From IMG/VR virus record IMGVR_UViG_3300033407_000007, positions 6,546 through 70,545 of that record: a stretch of DNA of 64,000 nt; one strand, 5' to 3'. Below are positions 9,586 to 18,789 of the stretch, one piece after another. The notes beneath the pieces were generated by a model. It saw only the letters and a list, made by a program, of their open reading frames with translations, did not search any database and had not been told where the DNA came from. Position 1 is the stretch's first letter, and every line of letters begins with the position of its first letter. The position numbers and the translations under genes were made by a program. The DNA comes from a virus. Taxonomy: Duplodnaviria > Caudoviricetes.

Positions 9586-10433
9586 TCGCTTTACGTGAAC
9601 GCCCCAGAGACTGGCGATACACACCGCGGCCGCATCCACTGAAGCGCGGGCTGATGTTCCACATGGGCGGCTGGATGGCTGGCTCGAACATCGCCCGCGA
9701 TGGCGACGGAATGCCTGGTCGCGTGAAGAACCACGGCACGCTCACGAACATGGACCCGGCGACGGACTGGCTGTGGAGTGATTACTTGGGGCGGTGGGTG
9801 CAGGATTTTGATCGGGTCAATGACCACATCCTGGTCCCCCGTCCAGGCATCCTGACTAGCGGAACTGTGTACACCTATTCGGTCTGGCTGAATTGGACCG
9901 GCGGTGCCGCTTACGGTTTGTCTTGGTCGATTGGGGACGGAGCATCACACGTTGGCGCTGCCGACATTAACAATATCGCTGGACGATACGTGTTCAAGGG
10001 CCAGTCGGCCAGTAACGTCCCCTACTGGACTTGGACAACGGGGTGGCATCATCTAGCCCACGTTTGGGATGGAACGAATGCAGTAATGTACGTTGATGGC
10101 CACGCACCAACTGCATCGTCTGGAGGTGCTTATGGCGGCGGGCTGGTCACTTATGATGAGTTTCGTATTGGGGGGAAGGTCAATTTCACTGGGTACTTTT
10201 TTGGCGGACAACAATGCGACCAATTATTGCACAGCCGCGTTCTCTCCCCCACCGAAATCTCCGAACTAGCCGACCCCACCAACGTGATGCTATCCGGCCT
10301 GCTGCTGCCACCGATGGCGGCACGGGATAGCGGGCTGGCGTCGGTGGTTGCAAGCGTGGGTTCTAACAATCCACTACGCCGGAGGGGCGTTCCCGGCATG
10401 ACACATAAACACCATATCGGTACAGGATGGTAA
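9582..10433 (+). CDS. LamG/concanavalin A-like lectin domain protein
   Basis: YTYSVWLN...GWHHLAHVWDGTNAVMYVDG...LLHSRVLSPTEI. Confidence 0.85.
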   Translation: MIALRERPRDWRYTPRPHPLKRGLMFHMGGWMAGSNIARDGDGMPGRVKNHGTLTNMDPATDWLWSDYLGRWVQDFDRVNDHILVPRPGILTSGTVYTYSVWLNWTGGAAYGLSWSIGDGASHVGAADINNIAGRYVFKGQSASNVPYWTWTTGWHHLAHVWDGTNAVMYVDGHAPTASSGGAYGGGLVTYDEFRIGGKVNFTGYFFGGQQCDQLLHSRVLSPTEISELADPTNVMLSGLLLPPMAARDSGLASVVASVGSNNPLRRRGVPGMTHKHHIGTGW

Positions 10434-10434
10434 C

Positions 10435-10971
10435 ATGGCAGCTACCGACGCACGACCGTTTCCGATCAAAGGTGCGGCCTATCGAGTAACGTTCCCTATC
10501 TTCGACAACGATGGGGATTTAGTGACCGGAGCAGCGGGCTTGGATTCAGAGGTCAGTAAAGACGGCGCGGGATTCAGCGATTGCACGAACGAAGCAACAG
10601 AAATCGCTACAGCAAGCGGTATGTACTATCTCGATCTGACGGCCGCTGAAATGAGCGCCGATACGGTCGCGATCATTATCAAAACGACCACGACCGATGC
10701 CAAGACGACGCCGATCGTGCTCTATCCCGACAAGACCATCGTGTTCGGCACGGTGGACGACGTCGGGGCCACGACGACCGTGTTCGACACCTCCATCACC
10801 GAGGCGACTGCCGACCATTACAACGGCAGAGTGCTCGTGTGGATTTCCGGGAGCCTGCTCGGGCAGGCGTGCACGATCGATGATTACCGCCTTGATACCG
10901 CCAAGGGCGAATTTACTGTTTCGACTTTAACCGAAGCGCCGGCAAACGGCGATGCGTTCCTGATCTATTAA
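10435..10971 (+). CDS. putative virion structural protein
   Basis: SEVSKDGAGF...GMYYLDLTAAEM; ORF coupled in the operon. Confidence 0.55.
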   Translation: MAATDARPFPIKGAAYRVTFPIFDNDGDLVTGAAGLDSEVSKDGAGFSDCTNEATEIATASGMYYLDLTAAEMSADTVAIIIKTTTTDAKTTPIVLYPDKTIVFGTVDDVGATTTVFDTSITEATADHYNGRVLVWISGSLLGQACTIDDYRLDTAKGEFTVSTLTEAPANGDAFLIY

Positions 10972-10981
10972 GGAGTAGGCT

Positions 10982-11446
10982 ATGGCTCGCGGTGATTTTA
11001 CCCTATTTGACGAGTTCGTCGCCCAGATCGGACTCAAGAAACACAACCTCGATACCGACGTGCTGAAGCTGGCGTTTATCGACAACTTCATAACGCCGAC
11101 TGCGGGTGATGCCACGCCGCAGTGGGGCGTAGGCTCCGGGGTCGATTACGATGGCAACGAAGTCAGCACGGCCGGCGGTTACGTGGCGGGCGGCTTCACG
11201 ATTTCCGCCCCATCGTACGTGGAAGCGGCCGGCACAGGCACGCTCAATGACGACGACTCGAATCTATCGCTTGCACAAAACGGCAGCGGATTCACCAATG
11301 CTTACTGGGCGATACTCTACAACGACACGGCGACCAACAAGGACGCCATCGGATTCTACGATCTGGGCGGGCCAGTATCCGAGGTGGCTGGGCCGATCAA
11401 CTTCAACTTCAACGCCTCTGGGATTCTAACGATTGCGAACGCATAA
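10982..11446 (+). CDS. putative fibre-associated structural protein
   Basis: LDTDVLKLA...AILYNDT...DLGG pattern; AAGGAG RBS. Confidence 0.6.
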   Translation: MARGDFTLFDEFVAQIGLKKHNLDTDVLKLAFIDNFITPTAGDATPQWGVGSGVDYDGNEVSTAGGYVAGGFTISAPSYVEAAGTGTLNDDDSNLSLAQNGSGFTNAYWAILYNDTATNKDAIGFYDLGGPVSEVAGPINFNFNASGILTIANA

Positions 11447-11796
11447 TGGATTGGCGGATCTACTACGATGACGAGTCCACGCTAAGCGGCGATCGCACAA
11501 CGCGGATCGACGTCAGGACCGGCGTTGTCGCAGTGGCTGAACGTGATCGCAATCACAACTGGATGTTTTGGTTCGGCCGGGATAGAGCGTATTACCTATT
11601 GCAAAACGACGGCTATTGGATGGGCGTAGACCAAGCTGGATTCGAGGACCAAATGGTCAGCCGATGCGAGGAAATTCGTTATTGTCTGCGGGGCCGCACA
11701 GTAGTCCCGCAGTCGCGTTACGAGGCCATCATCAACCGGATGATGCGTGACTGCAAGCCGCAAAAAACAGGCTGGCACGCCAACGAGAGAGCGTAA
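11446..11796 (+). CDS. hypothetical protein
   Basis: TAATG-coupled 116 aa ORF. Confidence 0.55.
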   Translation: MDWRIYYDDESTLSGDRTTRIDVRTGVVAVAERDRNHNWMFWFGRDRAYYLLQNDGYWMGVDQAGFEDQMVSRCEEIRYCLRGRTVVPQSRYEAIINRMMRDCKPQKTGWHANERA

Positions 11797-13190
11797 TGGG
11801 TACAACCCCCACACTAACGCAAAACGGCTACGTCTGGGTCAACGACGATGGCTCGGAGTCCGGCTCGACGCTCTACACCGAGGGTACGACGCAGGACTTC
11901 GACGTGTCTTCTGGGAATGTTATCAAGCGGGTTCGACTCGAAGCGGACTGCACCGGTAATGATTACATTGACGGGTTTCATCTCTTTGTCAGCCGTAACA
12001 GTGGTGCCTATTCGCGGGTCACCACCATCAGCAGCTACGTGCGGTCGGTGGCTAGTGCGGAAACATCATGGTCGTACACCGACGGCAGTTCCACCACCGA
12101 TCGTATGACGACGGGCAGCGGCACGAATACCGGGTACATCGACACCGATGCGGCAATCGCCTCGTTCACCGTCACGAAAAACCAGCACACACAGTGCGAA
12201 TTCTGCATCGAGTTCGTTTCCGCCGACTTGGCCGATAACGACACTCTGGACTTCCGCCTCTACAACGATGACGGCACGGAAATTAACGGCGGCTACACGG
12301 CGAGCGCCCAATCGACGATCACCAAGACAGCATCGGGCACAACGATTGATGCCGCGGCTGGTTCGGTTACGGTCACCGGATACGCGGTCGAAGTCGAAGT
12401 GGGCACAACCATCGATGCCGCGGCTGGATCAGTTGTTGCTACCGGGTACGCGGTCACAGTCGAGCCTTACACAGCGATCGATGCTGCGATCGGTTCGGTT
12501 ACGGTTACCGGATATCAGGCCACAGTTGAGCCGTACACGATAATCGATGCTGCGGTTGGGAGCGTTGCGGTCGCAGGATACGCGGTCCAGGTTGATCCGT
12601 ACACGACGATTGATGCCGCGGCTGGCACCATCACGGTCACCGGATACCAGGCCCTTGTCGGCGTGGCGTCCCGCACCCAGGTAAGTCCTATCGGGCTTAT
12701 CATGCGGCCCTACGGCAACCTCGACTCGAAGGTGGCATCGGGTACGACGATCAGCGCTGCGGTCGGATCAGTTGTTGCCACCGGATACGCCGTTGAGGTC
12801 GAGGTTGGCACCACGATTGACGCAGCATCTGGCAGCATCACGATCACCGGATACGCTGCGGAGGTGGAAGTCGGTACGACGATCGATACCGCGGCCGGTG
12901 CCATCACTGTCACCGGGTATCAGGCCACAGTCGAGCCATACACAGCGATCAACGCTACCGCTGGATCAGTTGCCGTTACCGGCTATGCGGTCGAAGTCGA
13001 AGTTGGTACAACAATCAACGCCGTAGCTGAAAGTGTTGTTGTTACTGGGTATCAGGCCGTAATAGAAGCAGCCATAACAATCAACGCCGCGGCTGGAAGC
13101 GTTGTCATTACTGGCTATACAGTAACAATAACAATAGGTGGGACAACTATTGATCCTGCTCTAATTTCTCACCACGGGATGAGTATGTAG
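11796..13190 (+). CDS. repeat-containing fibre-like protein
   Basis: N-terminal beta domain plus about 11 copies of a 22-aa unit TTIDAAAGSVTVTGY[A/Q]xxVE[VG/PY]. Confidence 0.75.
   Translation: MGTTPTLTQNGYVWVNDDGSESGSTLYTEGTTQDFDVSSGNVIKRVRLEADCTGNDYIDGFHLFVSRNSGAYSRVTTISSYVRSVASAETSWSYTDGSSTTDRMTTGSGTNTGYIDTDAAIASFTVTKNQHTQCEFCIEFVSADLADNDTLDFRLYNDDGTEINGGYTASAQSTITKTASGTTIDAAAGSVTVTGYAVEVEVGTTIDAAAGSVVATGYAVTVEPYTAIDAAIGSVTVTGYQATVEPYTIIDAAVGSVAVAGYAVQVDPYTTIDAAAGTITVTGYQALVGVASRTQVSPIGLIMRPYGNLDSKVASGTTISAAVGSVVATGYAVEVEVGTTIDAASGSITITGYAAEVEVGTTIDTAAGAITVTGYQATVEPYTAINATAGSVAVTGYAVEVEVGTTINAVAESVVVTGYQAVIEAAITINAAAGSVVITGYTVTITIGGTTIDPALISHHGMSM
12336..13150 (+). repeat. degenerate 66-bp coding tandem repeat (5 + 6 units split by a 27-aa spacer)
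   Basis: Read directly from the translation. Confidence 0.85.
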
Positions 13191-13233
13191 ATCGTGTTAT
13201 CATAATACGTAAACTGTTTCAAGAGAGGTAGAG

Positions 13234-13455
13234 ATGGCAGCGAGAATCAGGCAGAGCGTTGCAGCGATGGCTAACGACGTTGACCGGACGAGCCACCGTG
13301 TTGATGCTTTAATTGCAAGGGCAGACGCCCTACTTGTTGCAATTCATGAACTTGTGGACGTTATCAAACATAATGGCATCTCGATAGGTGCCGAAGTGGC
13401 TGGGCACGAAATACCCGGAAGTATCACGTTGAAACCCAATGACGAAGGAGAGTAA
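13234..13455 (+). CDS. hypothetical protein
   Basis: 73 aa, GAGG RBS, coiled-coil-like. Confidence 0.55.
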   Translation: MAARIRQSVAAMANDVDRTSHRVDALIARADALLVAIHELVDVIKHNGISIGAEVAGHEIPGSITLKPNDEGE

Positions 13456-13456
13456 A

Positions 13457-13855
13457 ATGAACAATGAGACTTTGGATCTGTTCTACGAGAGCGCAGCAAC
13501 CTACAACGGCCAGACGGCATGGGGCGACGGCTCGTTCCTTGAAATGCTCAAGGGACTGATCCCGATCATCGTTCAGTTGATCCCGATGTGTTTTCCGGCG
13601 AAGGAACTGAAGCAAGCCGCGATAGTCAGTGTTCGTGAATTGACACGAAAGCAACTGCGCCAAATGGATGCCACGGCAACTCAGAACGCCAGGGCGATCG
13701 TTCGTGAAAAATACGGGAATGAACTTGGCGTTATCGCCAGAATCCAGAAGGTCCGCTCATTGTCCGAAGCGGCTCAGAACTGTGTGTTGTACCAGTGTGA
13801 GACGGCATCGGACAAAGTGCTCGGCGACGTGTTCGATCAACTCGTGGCAGCGTAA
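13457..13855 (+). CDS. hypothetical protein with hydrophobic segment
   Basis: AAGGAG RBS before ATG 13457; LKGLIPIIVQLIPMCF. Confidence 0.55.
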   Translation: MNNETLDLFYESAATYNGQTAWGDGSFLEMLKGLIPIIVQLIPMCFPAKELKQAAIVSVRELTRKQLRQMDATATQNARAIVREKYGNELGVIARIQKVRSLSEAAQNCVLYQCETASDKVLGDVFDQLVAA

Positions 13856-13862
13856 TCCTCTC

Positions 13863-13902
13863 GTCAGTTCCCGGTGCGGAGGGATTCGTGCCGGGGGCTG
13901 AC
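13863..13902 (+). ncRNA. 18-bp RNA hairpin with GGGA (GNRA) tetraloop just upstream of the tRNA
   Basis: GTCAGTTCCCGGTGCGGA-GGGA-TTCGTGCCGGGGGCTGAC pairs fully once G-U pairs are allowed. Confidence 0.65.
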
Positions 13903-13905
13903 CGG

Positions 13906-13976
13906 CGCCGCGTGGAGAAGTAGTATCTCACGAGCCTCATACGCTCGGGACGCTGGTGCAATTCCAGCCGCGGCCA
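13906..13976 (+). tRNA. tRNA with CAT anticodon (Met/fMet-like or Ile2), no encoded CCA
   Basis: Acceptor C-GCCGCG/CGCGGC-C with C1:C72 mismatch; D stem GAGA/TCTC; anticodon stem CGAGC-CT CAT AC-GCTCG; T stem GCTGG-TGCAATT-CCAGC; discriminator A. Confidence 0.85.
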
Positions 13977-14009
13977 TTTCCGCTTACCAAACCCTGACGG
14001 GAGAAACTT

Positions 14010-14240
14010 ATGGACACACGAACTGGGGAAATCTACGAAGCTTCTGTGATCAAACAATTGATCGCGTCTGGGGCAATCAAGGAAAGAAATCGTTTTCGGG
14101 AAATGGCATTGCCTCCGACGAAAACACAGATGGCAAGGAAGCCTCCAAGGATTGGCAGAAATGATCCATGCCCGTGCGGCAGTGGCAGAAAATTCAAAGC
14201 GTGCTGCCTCCGAGACGAAAACGACAAGCGTTTTACCTAA
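14010..14240 (+). CDS. SEC-C motif (zinc-binding) mini-protein
   Basis: [20 protein letters not shown]. Confidence 0.9.
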   Translation: MDTRTGEIYEASVIKQLIASGAIKERNRFREMALPPTKTQMARKPPRIGRNDPCPCGSGRKFKACCLRDENDKRFT

Positions 14241-14263
14241 GCAAACCCTAACGGGAGAAACCA

Positions 14264-14950
14264 ATGAAAACCCTCTACGCTCTGCTGCTGGCCTGCTGTC
14301 TGGCGTCTGCATCCAAGAGCCAGGAGATCACCGGGCCGGATGAAGTTGGCGTGAATCAACCCGCCCTGCTGTTGCTCAGCGAACTGCCCGAGGGATCGAA
14401 AGGCAAATTCGATGACGGCATACGCGGCGTTACGCTCAACACCGACCCGGTGTATTTCGCCCCAGGGGCGGCGATGTTCTTCGCGTCCGTCGCCGGAGAA
14501 TACCGGATTGTTGCGGCAGTCGTATCGGACTCGCTCGATATTTCGTTTATCGAGAAGTTGATCGTCGTTAAAGCCGACGGCGCACCCCCGACACCCAGCA
14601 AGGCCATCACCCGAGAGAACGTGCAGGAGTGGCTGGAGCAGGTGCCGTTGCTAACGCGCATGGGAAAAATCGTGCATCCAGCAACGGGCGAAAGCATGAC
14701 GAGGCAACAGGCGGTAGGCCGGTCTTTCGAGAACATCGGCGTGGCTGCTAGTGTAATCAAATCAGTGGCGGGAATGGACCTGATGCTGAGCACGGCCCTT
14801 GTGCCTGCCCTGGGCGACTCGGCAACCAAGTGGACGCCGCTGATGGAAGCACTCGACGCCGGCTTGGCCGAACTGAAAAGCAAGGATGTGTCATACACCG
14901 ACTATGCCACGGCGTTTTTGCTGATTGCGGAGGTGCTTGGCAATGACTGA
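14264..14950 (+). CDS. secreted hypothetical protein
   Basis: Signal peptide MKTLYALLLACCLASASKS|Q. Confidence 0.7.
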   Translation: MKTLYALLLACCLASASKSQEITGPDEVGVNQPALLLLSELPEGSKGKFDDGIRGVTLNTDPVYFAPGAAMFFASVAGEYRIVAAVVSDSLDISFIEKLIVVKADGAPPTPSKAITRENVQEWLEQVPLLTRMGKIVHPATGESMTRQQAVGRSFENIGVAASVIKSVAGMDLMLSTALVPALGDSATKWTPLMEALDAGLAELKSKDVSYTDYATAFLLIAEVLGND

Positions 14951-15815
14951 GCAAGAGATCTACGATTTTCTGAAGCAGACAGGGCACCTCGAATACGCTC
15001 ACGGCGTGCAACAGCCCGTGCCGACCGGCCCTTGCATGGCCGCGATCCGAACGGCCGAGGGCATGAAGGCTATTGCCTCGTTCCAGGAATTCATGGCTGA
15101 GGCGATGGACCGCGAATGCCTCAGGTATCACGGAAGGCCCGCACGTTTCAACGGCGAATCTGGCCCAGCTACGTTGGCTGTGATGAATATGCCGAGGTGC
15201 GGACATCCGGATTACGGGCCGGAAGTCGGCAAGGCAATTGGCTATGGCGGAGGCTGGGCGGGTTGCCACGGCATCGGAGACTACCACTGCGCGAATGTTG
15301 CTATCGATCGTGGTTCGATGCCGTCGTTTCTTTCCCCGGTATTTGACGATGTTTGGGAGCGGGTGCAATTTGCCTACATGGATATCGGCCTGAAGTATCA
15401 GATAGCCGATCCGCCGAACACAAGCATTTCGTTCGTGACTCGATCCAATGGTTGGATCGGTCTGGCCATCGTCGGGCAGGGTGAGTCTTGTTCTTCACAG
15501 ATATGGGCCAAATTTCTCGCGACATACAAGCCGGCCAATGTGCTGAACGAGTGGACAACTCTCATCATGCACGAACTTGGCCACAACGCGGGGCTCGACC
15601 ACTCGCGCGGCGGCGTGATGAATCCGAGCATCGTACCCGGGTTACCGCCGACATGGCGCGGTGACCCGAGCGAACCGATTCTCGTGCGGGCGTACGGCGG
15701 CGTACCGATCGCACCGAAAGACGACGGCGACGAATACTGGATCGAGCAGGGATTCAGATCGAACAAAGGCCAGGTCGTGTGGACCAAGATCACCCCAATC
15801 AAACTGGAAAAGTGA
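14943..15815 (+). CDS. matrixin-family (M10) zinc metallopeptidase with cysteine-switch propeptide
   Basis: PRCGHPD switch; HELGHNAGLDH zinc motif; VMNP Met-turn. Confidence 0.9.
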   Translation: MTEQEIYDFLKQTGHLEYAHGVQQPVPTGPCMAAIRTAEGMKAIASFQEFMAEAMDRECLRYHGRPARFNGESGPATLAVMNMPRCGHPDYGPEVGKAIGYGGGWAGCHGIGDYHCANVAIDRGSMPSFLSPVFDDVWERVQFAYMDIGLKYQIADPPNTSISFVTRSNGWIGLAIVGQGESCSSQIWAKFLATYKPANVLNEWTTLIMHELGHNAGLDHSRGGVMNPSIVPGLPPTWRGDPSEPILVRAYGGVPIAPKDDGDEYWIEQGFRSNKGQVVWTKITPIKLEK

Positions 15816-15823
15816 GGGAGCAA

Positions 15824-16390
15824 GTGAATACACTACTGATACTATCAGCCCTTGTCGCGGCCGGTCCGTGCATGGCGGCTGTTCACCAAGCCGAGCCGGT
15901 TCCCGCTGCTGCCGGCGTATCGGACGACCAACAGTGGAACCTGGTTGCCGTCGGCAACACGACGATCGAGCTGCCGGTTCCCGAGGCGATCGAGACTGCG
16001 GAATATCGGCGGACGGCACCGGACAACTACAAGATCCCGTCGGTTCACTGGACGAAGCGGGTGCCCGCCTGGTGCCCCGCACAACCGACGTGGAGACATG
16101 GTTACTCGTGCAATATGCAGAGGACCGTCGAGGACCTTGCGGGCCATCTGCAATCCGCTCACGGTGTCTCTCTCGAAACACTGAACGAAATGGGCCGAGA
16201 CAAGTGGCAGTCGTTTCACGAAGACCAACATTGGTGTGACGAAACGCCCGAGCGGCAAGAGATGTTTTTACACCCGGCCCCCGCGAAGCCGGCAGCGAAG
16301 TCTGCTTGCGGACCCAGTGGATGCCCGAGCGGCAATTGTCCGCGTCCGAGCTACCAGCCGAGGCTTGGGTTGTTTCCGAGGTGGCGGTGA
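15824..16390 (+). CDS. secreted protein with His/Cys motifs and Cys-rich tail
   Basis: Hydrophobic N-terminus; LAGHLQSAHG...HEDQH; ends ACGPSGCPSGNCPRP...GLFPRWR. Confidence 0.65.
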   Translation: MNTLLILSALVAAGPCMAAVHQAEPVPAAAGVSDDQQWNLVAVGNTTIELPVPEAIETAEYRRTAPDNYKIPSVHWTKRVPAWCPAQPTWRHGYSCNMQRTVEDLAGHLQSAHGVSLETLNEMGRDKWQSFHEDQHWCDETPERQEMFLHPAPAKPAAKSACGPSGCPSGNCPRPSYQPRLGLFPRWR

Positions 16391-16888
16391 ATGGGTGAAG
16401 GAGAATCTTGGGCAATGAGCGAACCAGCATACCTGATTATCGCCGAGAAGAATCGTGCCATAGAGGCGTTTCGCCTAATGGGCAACGAACTATCTCGTGA
16501 TCTTGAGGCGGCAAAGGCCGAAATCGAGCGGCTGAAACCCCTAGCCGTCCGAGCCTGGCATTCGTTTCGGTCAACGTTGCCGCATCCCGAGTGCGAACGC
16601 GGACTGAGAAACGAGGATATCGAAGCGTTGGTCAAGTTGGCCACAGAAGTTGACTGTAAAGAGTCGGAGGATGAACCACACTGCCCGACGTGCGGTGTTG
16701 CCTATCCGGCTCATCCTACGATGTTTGAGCTATGCGATGAGAACAAGCGGCTGAAGGATGCTGTTCGAGTTCGCGGCGGATGTCGGATGTTGAGTCTTGG
16801 GGATCAATGCGACTGTGGCCTTTGTCTACGCGACGCTGAAATCAAGCGGCTACAATTCGAGATCGACAAGCGGCCCGCTGGAATGTAG
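16391..16888 (+). CDS. hypothetical protein with CxxC motifs
   Basis: HCPTCG and CDCGLC; coiled segments. Confidence 0.5.
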   Translation: MGEGESWAMSEPAYLIIAEKNRAIEAFRLMGNELSRDLEAAKAEIERLKPLAVRAWHSFRSTLPHPECERGLRNEDIEALVKLATEVDCKESEDEPHCPTCGVAYPAHPTMFELCDENKRLKDAVRVRGGCRMLSLGDQCDCGLCLRDAEIKRLQFEIDKRPAGM

Positions 16889-17119
16889 GTGGAGATGATG
16901 CACTGCCGGAAAAAACATCGCCGACGTTGGCGGCACCGAATAGCCGAGAACCGTAGCCGATGCAAACCGCGAGGCGAGACGGTTCAGACGCCGACTGTAC
17001 GCGAGACGATGTGGGTATCGTCGAAAGGCGTGTTACTATTCGACTTGATCGGATGGTGGAAAAATAAGTGCCGGGCGATTCGGCGGCGGACACGGCAGAA
17101 ACTGACGAGGGCGCGATGA
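16889..17119 (+). CDS. small basic hypothetical protein
   Basis: 76 aa Arg-rich ORF; GGAG RBS. Confidence 0.35.
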   Translation: MEMMHCRKKHRRRWRHRIAENRSRCKPRGETVQTPTVRETMWVSSKGVLLFDLIGWWKNKCRAIRRRTRQKLTRAR

Positions 17120-17140
17120 TGGACGATACTCCGATGAAGG

Positions 17141-18088
17141 GTGAGCACGGGTAATAACGTGAACGCACTCCCTCTCCTCCTACTCCTGATCGGACAGAGC
17201 GGCTATGCCGGCTCGCCGTTGCCTGCGATCGACGCCGCACTCCAAGCGGCACACGTCCAGCAGTCTGACGTCGTGATGGATATCGGCAGCGGCGATGGTC
17301 GTGTCTGTATCCTGGCGGCCAAGCTCCACGGCTGCCGTGCAATTGGGCTGGAATTCGATGCGAACCTGGCGGCTCTCTCCCGCCGCACGGTCGAGCGAAA
17401 CCGCGTAGCCCACCTGGTTGAGATTCGGCACGCCGATGCGTTGCGAGCCGATCTCAGCCGGGCCACGGTAGTGTATCTATACCACCAAAGCGATTTCTTG
17501 ACGTTGCTCCGTCCGCAACTGGAGAGTCTGAAGCCCGGTACCCGGATCGTCTGCCTGGACTATCCACCTCCGTGGCTGGACCTGGAGCCAGTGACCACGC
17601 TCACGGTGGATGGGCACGAGCACCGCATCTACGTGTGGGAGGTGGGCATGGAGAGCCGACGAAACGATTCAGTGTTATTAGCCTGCGCGAAGTCGTATCC
17701 GGGGGCTCGGTTCTATCGTGGGGAACGAGATATGTTACTCGTTGAGTTGGCGCAGCAAGCTGCAAACTTGTTGGCACAACGTGGTGAATCAGGGTATTGG
17801 TGGGATGGCCACCCGGATTGGAATGTCAATGCGAACAGCCGATATCAAGTAATTAGATCGAGGTATGGTGTGTCTCCCGTTGAGGTGACTGCGATGTCTT
17901 CAATCAAATCATCCGAGATAACTGCTGAGATTGCCTATGGGTTCTTTTATGATTGGTATCGTTCATCCAGTCCAAAAGAGAGAAGTTCACACTGGACGGT
18001 TGTTTCGACAGAGCATAAGCGGTATGGTGATGCAGTTGCTAGATCGCGGAGTGGCACTTGGTTTGGGGTAGTAATCGTAGCCGACTAG
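17141..18088 (+). CDS. class I SAM methyltransferase fused to a CAP/SCP-like C-terminal domain
   Basis: VVMDIGSGDGR, GLEFD, ATVVYLY; C-terminal W..S...H...YGDAVARSRSGTWFGV. Confidence 0.7.
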   Translation: MSTGNNVNALPLLLLLIGQSGYAGSPLPAIDAALQAAHVQQSDVVMDIGSGDGRVCILAAKLHGCRAIGLEFDANLAALSRRTVERNRVAHLVEIRHADALRADLSRATVVYLYHQSDFLTLLRPQLESLKPGTRIVCLDYPPPWLDLEPVTTLTVDGHEHRIYVWEVGMESRRNDSVLLACAKSYPGARFYRGERDMLLVELAQQAANLLAQRGESGYWWDGHPDWNVNANSRYQVIRSRYGVSPVEVTAMSSIKSSEITAEIAYGFFYDWYRSSSPKERSSHWTVVSTEHKRYGDAVARSRSGTWFGVVIVAD

Positions 18089-18117
18089 GCATCACTATAG
18101 TATGAGTTTGTACGGAC

Positions 18118-18531
18118 ATGAAGAAACCTTTCTTTACTGGGTATTTTACTGTTGACGGAAAACGATTAGGCCCTGATGATCCAATCATCCAGTGCGAGTA
18201 CCATCGTAATGATGCTGGTGTAACAGTAGTCAAGGAAGTCGAGTTCCATGACAGGTTTGGCGAGACATGGCAAGTCCTTGTTGGAGATCTGAACAACGGA
18301 GCTAGCATACCTAGGATATTTTGGCGTATCTGGACTCCTTATTCATGCCGAATACGGGATGCTTCGGCGTTCCACGATCCCTATTGTGTAAACAAAGTCA
18401 GGAGGCAATCAAAAACGCACTACATGTATTGGGAAATGTTGAGGACATTAGGGGTTAATCCAACAGTATCTCTTCTACATTGGTGTGGCATACGCCTTTG
18501 GTGCAGGCTATGTTATTGGGATTGGAAGTAA
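18118..18531 (+). CDS. DUF1353-like protein
   Basis: NGASIPRIFW...ASAFHDPYC. Confidence 0.7.
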   Translation: MKKPFFTGYFTVDGKRLGPDDPIIQCEYHRNDAGVTVVKEVEFHDRFGETWQVLVGDLNNGASIPRIFWRIWTPYSCRIRDASAFHDPYCVNKVRRQSKTHYMYWEMLRTLGVNPTVSLLHWCGIRLWCRLCYWDWK

Positions 18532-18534
18532 GTA

Positions 18535-18789
18535 GTGGTTATTACCTACAGTAACAGTCCTGAATACTCCAAGCGGCAGCCGTCTGGTGATACGTTAACC
18601 GAGGCCCAGGCCGCTGAATTGAATGAGCGACAGGCCATGCTACTGCCAGATGTAAATACTGGAATGATCCGTGGCAATATGGACACTAGCAGTCGTCTAG
18701 AAGGATCGCTTAGCCTCGGTTCCATGATGGATGGTGTATTCCGATGCTCTCCCAGGATATCAGGTATAATGCGAGTGAGGAGACTATGA
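18535..18789 (+). CDS. hypothetical protein
   Basis: 84 aa ORF filling the gap. Confidence 0.35.
   Translation: MVITYSNSPEYSKRQPSGDTLTEAQAAELNERQAMLLPDVNTGMIRGNMDTSSRLEGSLSLGSMMDGVFRCSPRISGIMRVRRL

Noticed and set aside
14010-14240. secA gene
   Set aside because: Only the about 20-aa SEC-C motif is present
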